Source: Bacilli bacterium (lineage in GTDB: Bacteria > Bacillota_I > Bacilli_A > RF39 > UBA660). From it: a stretch of 38,780 nucleotides of DNA. Shown piece by piece: positions 35,296-38,780 of this stretch; position 1 is the first letter of the stretch; each line of letters begins with the position of its first letter. The stretch spans positions 12,688 through 51,467 of the forward strand of contig JAVXAN010000001.1 of the NCBI GenBank assembly GCA_036660495.1, given 5' to 3'. A program made the position numbers and the translations under genes. A model generated the notes under the pieces. The model did not search any database, was not told the origin of the DNA, and saw only the letters and a list, made by a program, of their open reading frames with translations.

Positions 35296-35303
35296 GAGGA
35301 AAA

Positions 35304-35723
35304 ATGAATATAAGAAAAATGCCCTTAGAAGACTTAGAATTATTATCATATACAGATATTGCGTATGAATTATTAAAAAGTGATAAAAAGTCAAAGACAA
35401 CCCCAATTTTATTTGGAGAAGTGTGTAAATTACTTGAAATAGACGAAAACATGATGTTTGAATTGATTGGTGATTTTTACACAACGCTTACTACAGATAG
35501 AAGGTTTATTTTACTTGAAAACGCGGAATGGGATTTAAAGGAATTTCACGTGGTTAAGCCAGTAATTGATGATGACGATGATGAAGAAGAAGTTGAAATT
35601 GAAGATGATGAAGAAGTTGAAACAGAAGAAGATGTAGTTGATGAAGAAGATTATGATGGAGACGAGGATACTGATGATCTCGATGATCTTGCAATAGTAA
35701 CTGAAGAAGAATTAGAAGAATAA
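35304..35723 (+). CDS. rpoE: RNA polymerase delta subunit (HARE-HTH N-domain plus polyacidic tail)
   Basis: LELLSYTDIAYELLKSDKKSKTTPILFGEVCKLL...DFYTTLTTDRRFILLENAEWDLKEFH, followed by a roughly 50-aa D/E-rich tail. Confidence 0.85.
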   Translation: MNIRKMPLEDLELLSYTDIAYELLKSDKKSKTTPILFGEVCKLLEIDENMMFELIGDFYTTLTTDRRFILLENAEWDLKEFHVVKPVIDDDDDEEEVEIEDDEEVETEEDVVDEEDYDGDEDTDDLDDLAIVTEEELEE

Positions 35724-35732
35724 GGTGATAGG

Positions 35733-36788
35733 ATGTTTGAGAGATTAGACTCAATAAAAATAAGAAATGATTTTATTAAAGTAGAATTAACTAAACCAGA
35801 AGTTATTTCTGATATAAAAAAAACTAGAGAATTATCCAAAGAGCAATCGGATTTATCGGAAATAGTAGAAGTATATGATGAATATTTGAAAGCAAATAGT
35901 GATTATGCCGAGGCTAAAGAACTATCAAGCGATCCGGAACTTGGTGCTTTTGCTAAAGAAGAATTAGAAAGATTAGATAAATTAAAAACTAATTTAGAAA
36001 GTAAATTAGAAATAATTTTATTACCAAAAGACCCTAATGATGGTAAGAACATCATAATTGAAATAAGAGGCGCTGCTGGTGGAGATGAAGCTAATCTTTT
36101 TGCTGGAGATTTGTATGATATGTATATCAGGTATGCAGAGTCACAAGGATATAGTATTGAAGATTTAGATAGTGTTCCTGGAACTAGTGGTGGTTTTGCT
36201 CAAGTTTCATTCCTAATAAAAGGAAAAAACGTATATTCAAAGTTAAAGTATGAATCAGGAGCACATAGAGTACAAAGGGTGCCTACAACAGAGTCACAAG
36301 GAAGAGTTCATACTTCAACGGCAACAGTTGTTGTTATGCCAGAAGCAAATGATTTTGACATAGAAATTAAACCTGAAGATATAAGAGTTGATGTGTATCG
36401 AAGTAGTGGTGCAGGAGGACAGGGAGTTAATACAACTGATAGTGCTGTTCGTATCACTTATTTACCAACTGGAATGATCGTTACTTGTCAAAACGAAAGA
36501 AGTCAAATTAAAAACAAAGAAAAAGCGATGCAAATATTAAAAAGCCGAGTGTATGAAGAAAACGAAAGAAAAAAACAAGAAGCAGAAGCAGACGAAAGAA
36601 AAAGCAAAATTGGTACAGGAGATCGAGCTGAAAAAATAAGGACTTATAATTATCCTCAAAATCGGGTAACCGATCACCGAATAGGTTTTACTACTAAGCA
36701 GTTAGATAGAGTAATGAATGGTAAGATGGATGAAATAATTGATGCACTAATAAATGAGGATCAACGAAGAAAAATAGAAGGTAAATAA
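35733..36788 (+). CDS. prfA: Peptide chain release factor 1
   Basis: GGQ motif SGAGGQGVNTTDSAVRITYLPTG and PxT-type recognition loop RVQRVPTTESQGRVHTS. Confidence 0.97.
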   Translation: MFERLDSIKIRNDFIKVELTKPEVISDIKKTRELSKEQSDLSEIVEVYDEYLKANSDYAEAKELSSDPELGAFAKEELERLDKLKTNLESKLEIILLPKDPNDGKNIIIEIRGAAGGDEANLFAGDLYDMYIRYAESQGYSIEDLDSVPGTSGGFAQVSFLIKGKNVYSKLKYESGAHRVQRVPTTESQGRVHTSTATVVVMPEANDFDIEIKPEDIRVDVYRSSGAGGQGVNTTDSAVRITYLPTGMIVTCQNERSQIKNKEKAMQILKSRVYEENERKKQEAEADERKSKIGTGDRAEKIRTYNYPQNRVTDHRIGFTTKQLDRVMNGKMDEIIDALINEDQRRKIEGK

Positions 36789-37594
36789 TGAAAATTTCGG
36801 ATTTATATAAATTAAATTCTATTAAAAATCAAGAAGTAAATTATATTTTGAAAAACTTATTAAACCTAACCGACAGACAAATAAGTTTAAATATAGATTT
36901 AACTGATAAAATGATTAAGCAATTTTTAGAGGCACAAAAAAAAGTAGAAGATAAGGTTCCTCTTCAATACGTAGTTGGAAACACTAATTTTTATGGATAT
37001 GAATTTAAAGTTAATCCATCCGTTCTTATCCCAAGGCCAGAAACTGAATGTTTAGTTCAAGAAACAATAAAAAGAATCAAAAACTTTGATAATCCAGTAA
37101 TCGCTGATGTTGCAACCGGAAGTGGTTGCATAGCAATTACGTTATCAAAAGAGTTAAATAGTTTAGTGTATGCATCAGATATAAGTAGTGAAGCTTTAAT
37201 GATTGCTAAGGAAAATAATAATATAAATAAAGCAAACGTTAATTTTTATGAAGGGGATATGTTAACCCCATACATTGATAATAAAATAAGATTAAACATA
37301 CTGGTTAGTAACCCACCTTATATAAGTAAAACCGAAAAAATAGAAGAGGCTGTTTATAATAATGAACCCCATCTAGCACTCTTTGCCGATTTTAACGGAT
37401 TAGAATTCTATAAAAAGATTTTAAAAGATGCTAAGAAAGTGCTGTTAGATAAATATCTAATGGTTTTTGAAATAGGAAGTACACAAGCAACTGATGTTTT
37501 AAACATGGCAAAGGAATACTTTCCAGAGGCAAAAATGGAAGTGAAAAAAGATTTATGTGGAAGAAATCGCATGATTTTTGTATATAATTATTAA
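36788..37594 (+). CDS. prmC: Release factor glutamine N5-methyltransferase PrmC (HemK)
   Basis: PLQYVVGNTNFYGYEFKVNPSVLIPRPETE, DVATGSGCIAI and VSNPPYIS. TAATG overlap with prfA. Confidence 0.9.
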   Translation: MKISDLYKLNSIKNQEVNYILKNLLNLTDRQISLNIDLTDKMIKQFLEAQKKVEDKVPLQYVVGNTNFYGYEFKVNPSVLIPRPETECLVQETIKRIKNFDNPVIADVATGSGCIAITLSKELNSLVYASDISSEALMIAKENNNINKANVNFYEGDMLTPYIDNKIRLNILVSNPPYISKTEKIEEAVYNNEPHLALFADFNGLEFYKKILKDAKKVLLDKYLMVFEIGSTQATDVLNMAKEYFPEAKMEVKKDLCGRNRMIFVYNY

Positions 37595-37595
37595 G

Positions 37596-37628
37596 AATCA
37601 CCCATTAAGTAATAGAGGGTGATTTTTT
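37596..37628 (+). terminator. Hairpin plus T-run after prmC whose 3' arm is the spoIIR Shine-Dalgarno
   Basis: AATCACCC (37596-37603) pairs with GGGTGATT (37617-37624) across a 13-nt loop, followed by TTTT and then ATG 37629. Confidence 0.55.
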
Positions 37629-38141
37629 ATGAAGAAATTTACAATAATAATGTTAGTTATAATATCTTTAGCTCTATACAATAACAGTACAAAGAGTATT
37701 AAAATTCCAGATGATGCTATAAGGTTTAGAATTTTAGCTAATAGTAATTCTCCTTATGATCAAAAATTAAAAGAAGATATAAAAGAAGAACTACAAACAA
37801 GCTTATATAACTTGTTAAAAGACACTAAAGAGTTAGGTGAGGCAAAATCATTAATAAAAAATAATATTAATAACTTTGATACAATTGTTAATAAACATAT
37901 GGAAAACCAAAAATATAAGTATACTATTGATTATGGAATTCATTCTTTTCCAGAAAAAAAGTATAAAGGAGTAATATATGAAGCTGGTAATTATGAGTCA
38001 TTACTTGTTACACTTGGAACAGGAAAAGGAGATAACTGGTGGTGCGTTTTATTTCCACCACTTTGCTTAATTGAGGCTGAGGAATCTACTGAGGTAGAAT
38101 ATAAATCTTTTATTAAAGAACTTATTGAAAAATATTTTTAA
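37629..38141 (+). CDS. spoIIR: Stage II sporulation protein R (forespore signal for pro-sigma-E processing)
   Basis: Signal/anchor peptide, then DAIRFRILANSNSPYDQKLKEDIKEEL and GKGDNWWCVLFPPLCL, the SpoIIR family signatures. Neighbours prmC as in B. subtilis. Confidence 0.85.
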   Translation: MKKFTIIMLVIISLALYNNSTKSIKIPDDAIRFRILANSNSPYDQKLKEDIKEELQTSLYNLLKDTKELGEAKSLIKNNINNFDTIVNKHMENQKYKYTIDYGIHSFPEKKYKGVIYEAGNYESLLVTLGTGKGDNWWCVLFPPLCLIEAEESTEVEYKSFIKELIEKYF

Positions 38142-38178
38142 AGTCAAAGTAATATTATAGTATAGAGGAGTGATTTTC

Positions 38179-38706
38179 TTGCTAAATATTATATTAATTG
38201 CAATTAGTTTAAGCATGGATACTTTTGCCTTATCGTTATCTTATGGATTAAAAAAAGAAAAACTACTAACTATTATAGTAACTGCTATAACCGTTGGCTT
38301 GTTTCATTTTTTTATGCCATTAATAGGTAACACCTTAGGAGTTTCCTTGTTTTCATATACCATAATTAATCCAAAGTACGTTTTATTTATAGTTTTTATG
38401 ATTTTATCAATAGACATGTTTATCCATTTTTTTAATGATAATAACGAGGTAAGACCACTAAACATTATTGGTACATTACTATTTTCTATTTCCGTTAGTT
38501 TTGATAGTTTTTCAGTTGGAATAGGCATAAGCTATTTATATGAAAACGTTCTTTTAATTGTAAGTGCTTTTTGTCTTATCAGCGCTGTTTTTACTTTTTT
38601 AGGTTTTAAGTTAGGAGAAATCATATCAAATAAAATTGGTAAGTATTCTTTTCTTCTTGGCAGTATCACTCTTATACTTTATGCAGTATGGGTATTAACG
38701 ATTTAA
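38179..38706 (+). CDS. mntP: Manganese efflux pump MntP family (DUF204 x2; YwlD-like)
   Basis: Two internal repeats, each with a (S)xDxF(a/s)(l/v)(s/g) motif (SLSMDTFALSLSYG and SVSFDSFSVGIGIS), and six hydrophobic helices. TTG 38179 is 9 nt after AGAGGAG; the track GTG 38170 abuts the SD. Confidence 0.75.
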   Translation: MLNIILIAISLSMDTFALSLSYGLKKEKLLTIIVTAITVGLFHFFMPLIGNTLGVSLFSYTIINPKYVLFIVFMILSIDMFIHFFNDNNEVRPLNIIGTLLFSISVSFDSFSVGIGISYLYENVLLIVSAFCLISAVFTFLGFKLGEIISNKIGKYSFLLGSITLILYAVWVLTI

Positions 38707-38728
38707 ATTAATTAAATAGCAAAACAAC

Positions 38729-38749
38729 TAGAGGTAAAACCTCTTTTTC
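38729..38749 (+). terminator. Intrinsic terminator after mntP
   Basis: AGAGGT (38730-38735) pairs with ACCTCT (38739-38744) across a 3-nt loop, followed by TTTTT. Confidence 0.55.
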
Positions 38750-38780
38750 TATTATAAATTTTTATTATAGTTGACTAATA

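Noticed and set aside
36280-36300. RF1 stop-codon recognition tripeptide reads PTT instead of the textbook PAT/PVT. I considered altered stop-codon recognition or recoding.
   Set aside because: The motif is defined as P-x-T with a variable middle residue. All three stop codons appear as genuine gene ends in this window (TAA widely, TAG for argS and spoVG, TGA for sigH), and Trp is TGG, so there is no sign of reassignment.
37569-37600. Sigma-F promoter for spoIIR inside the end of prmC (GCATG at 37569-37573).
   Set aside because: The sequence 15 nt downstream (TATTAAGAAT) lacks the GG..A.A.T -10 signature, so I do not annotate a promoter.
13476-38528. Remaining minus-strand ORFs in the track (13476-13718, 15519-15707, 18797-18988, 23877-24062, 24157-24342, 24653-24841, 26833-27045, 29449-29676, 29947-30354, 30957-31205, 33281-33580, 35257-35484, 35264-35452, 35554-35754, 35651-35839, 38304-38528).
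   Set aside because: They are antisense shadows of spoVG, rlmB, the rplJ leader, rpoB, rpoC, ftsH, DUF1934, argS/rpoE/prfA and mntP. None has a start context or recognisable motifs. 35554-35754 is just the complement of the acidic delta-subunit tail.
1-38780. Searched for CRISPR repeats, IS/transposase, integrase or recombinase genes, toxin-antitoxin pairs, restriction-modification or other defence genes, tRNA/rRNA genes, and riboswitches or T-boxes (especially upstream of argS and mntP).
   Set aside because: I found no spaced direct-repeat array, no ORF with transposase, integrase, nuclease or ATPase defence-type motifs, and no intergenic region long enough (the longest are ~120-195 nt) beyond those already explained by promoters and r-protein leaders. 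Apart from the adhesin pair, the window looks like ordinary core genome.
1-38780. Mollicute-type genetic code (TGA = Trp), considered because of the extreme AT-richness.
   Set aside because: All large conserved proteins translate full-length with the standard code. Conserved Trp positions are TGG, and TGA terminates sigH at the expected protein length.

Overview
AT-rich chromosomal segment that uses the standard bacterial code (TGA is a stop, e.g. at the end of sigH; Trp is TGG). It comes from a low-GC, endospore-forming Gram-positive bacterium (Bacillota). The presence of rpoE (RNAP delta), ybxB, veg and spoIIR next to prmC suggests a Bacilli/Erysipelotrichia-like gene order, but I cannot assign a taxon from the sequence alone. 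I call 36 protein genes, 35 of them on the + strand. Almost all are core housekeeping or sporulation genes in a B. subtilis-like, origin-proximal arrangement: mfd-spoVT; tatD-(glucosaminidase)-rsmA-yabG-veg; spoVG-yabP-yabQ-divIC; mrnC-rlmB-sigH-secE-nusG-rplKAJL-ybxB-rpoBC; tilS-ftsH; a convergent class A PBP; DUF1934-argS-rpoE-prfA-prmC-spoIIR-mntP. I found no rRNA, tRNA, CRISPR array, transposase, integrase or recognisable defence genes. The only clearly accessory content is a ~6.9 kb two-gene surface-protein module (6537-13449) between veg and spoVG. Its first gene encodes a ~1576-aa N-terminally membrane-anchored multidomain protein with an embedded dockerin-like Ca-loop pair, Ig-like repeats, an SdrD-B/CnaB-like domain and a Pro/Thr stalk. 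The second gene is translationally coupled and encodes a 729-aa secreted protein with a thioester-domain (Cys...Gln) signature, three CnaB/SpaA-type domains and a non-canonical sorting-signal-like C-terminus. This is my best candidate for something worth following up, but the component domains belong to known adhesin families and I cannot show it is a new system. Secondary observations: an FtsH with a Rho_N/HeH-like C-terminal tail; a perfect 16-bp palindrome in the spacer of a near-consensus rpoB promoter; an L10-leader-like attenuator upstream of rplJ; a prmC terminator whose 3' arm is the spoIIR Shine-Dalgarno; several terminator/promoter overlaps and TAATG gene junctions. Many ORF-track starts look too far upstream, and I moved them to the start codon with a properly spaced SD.
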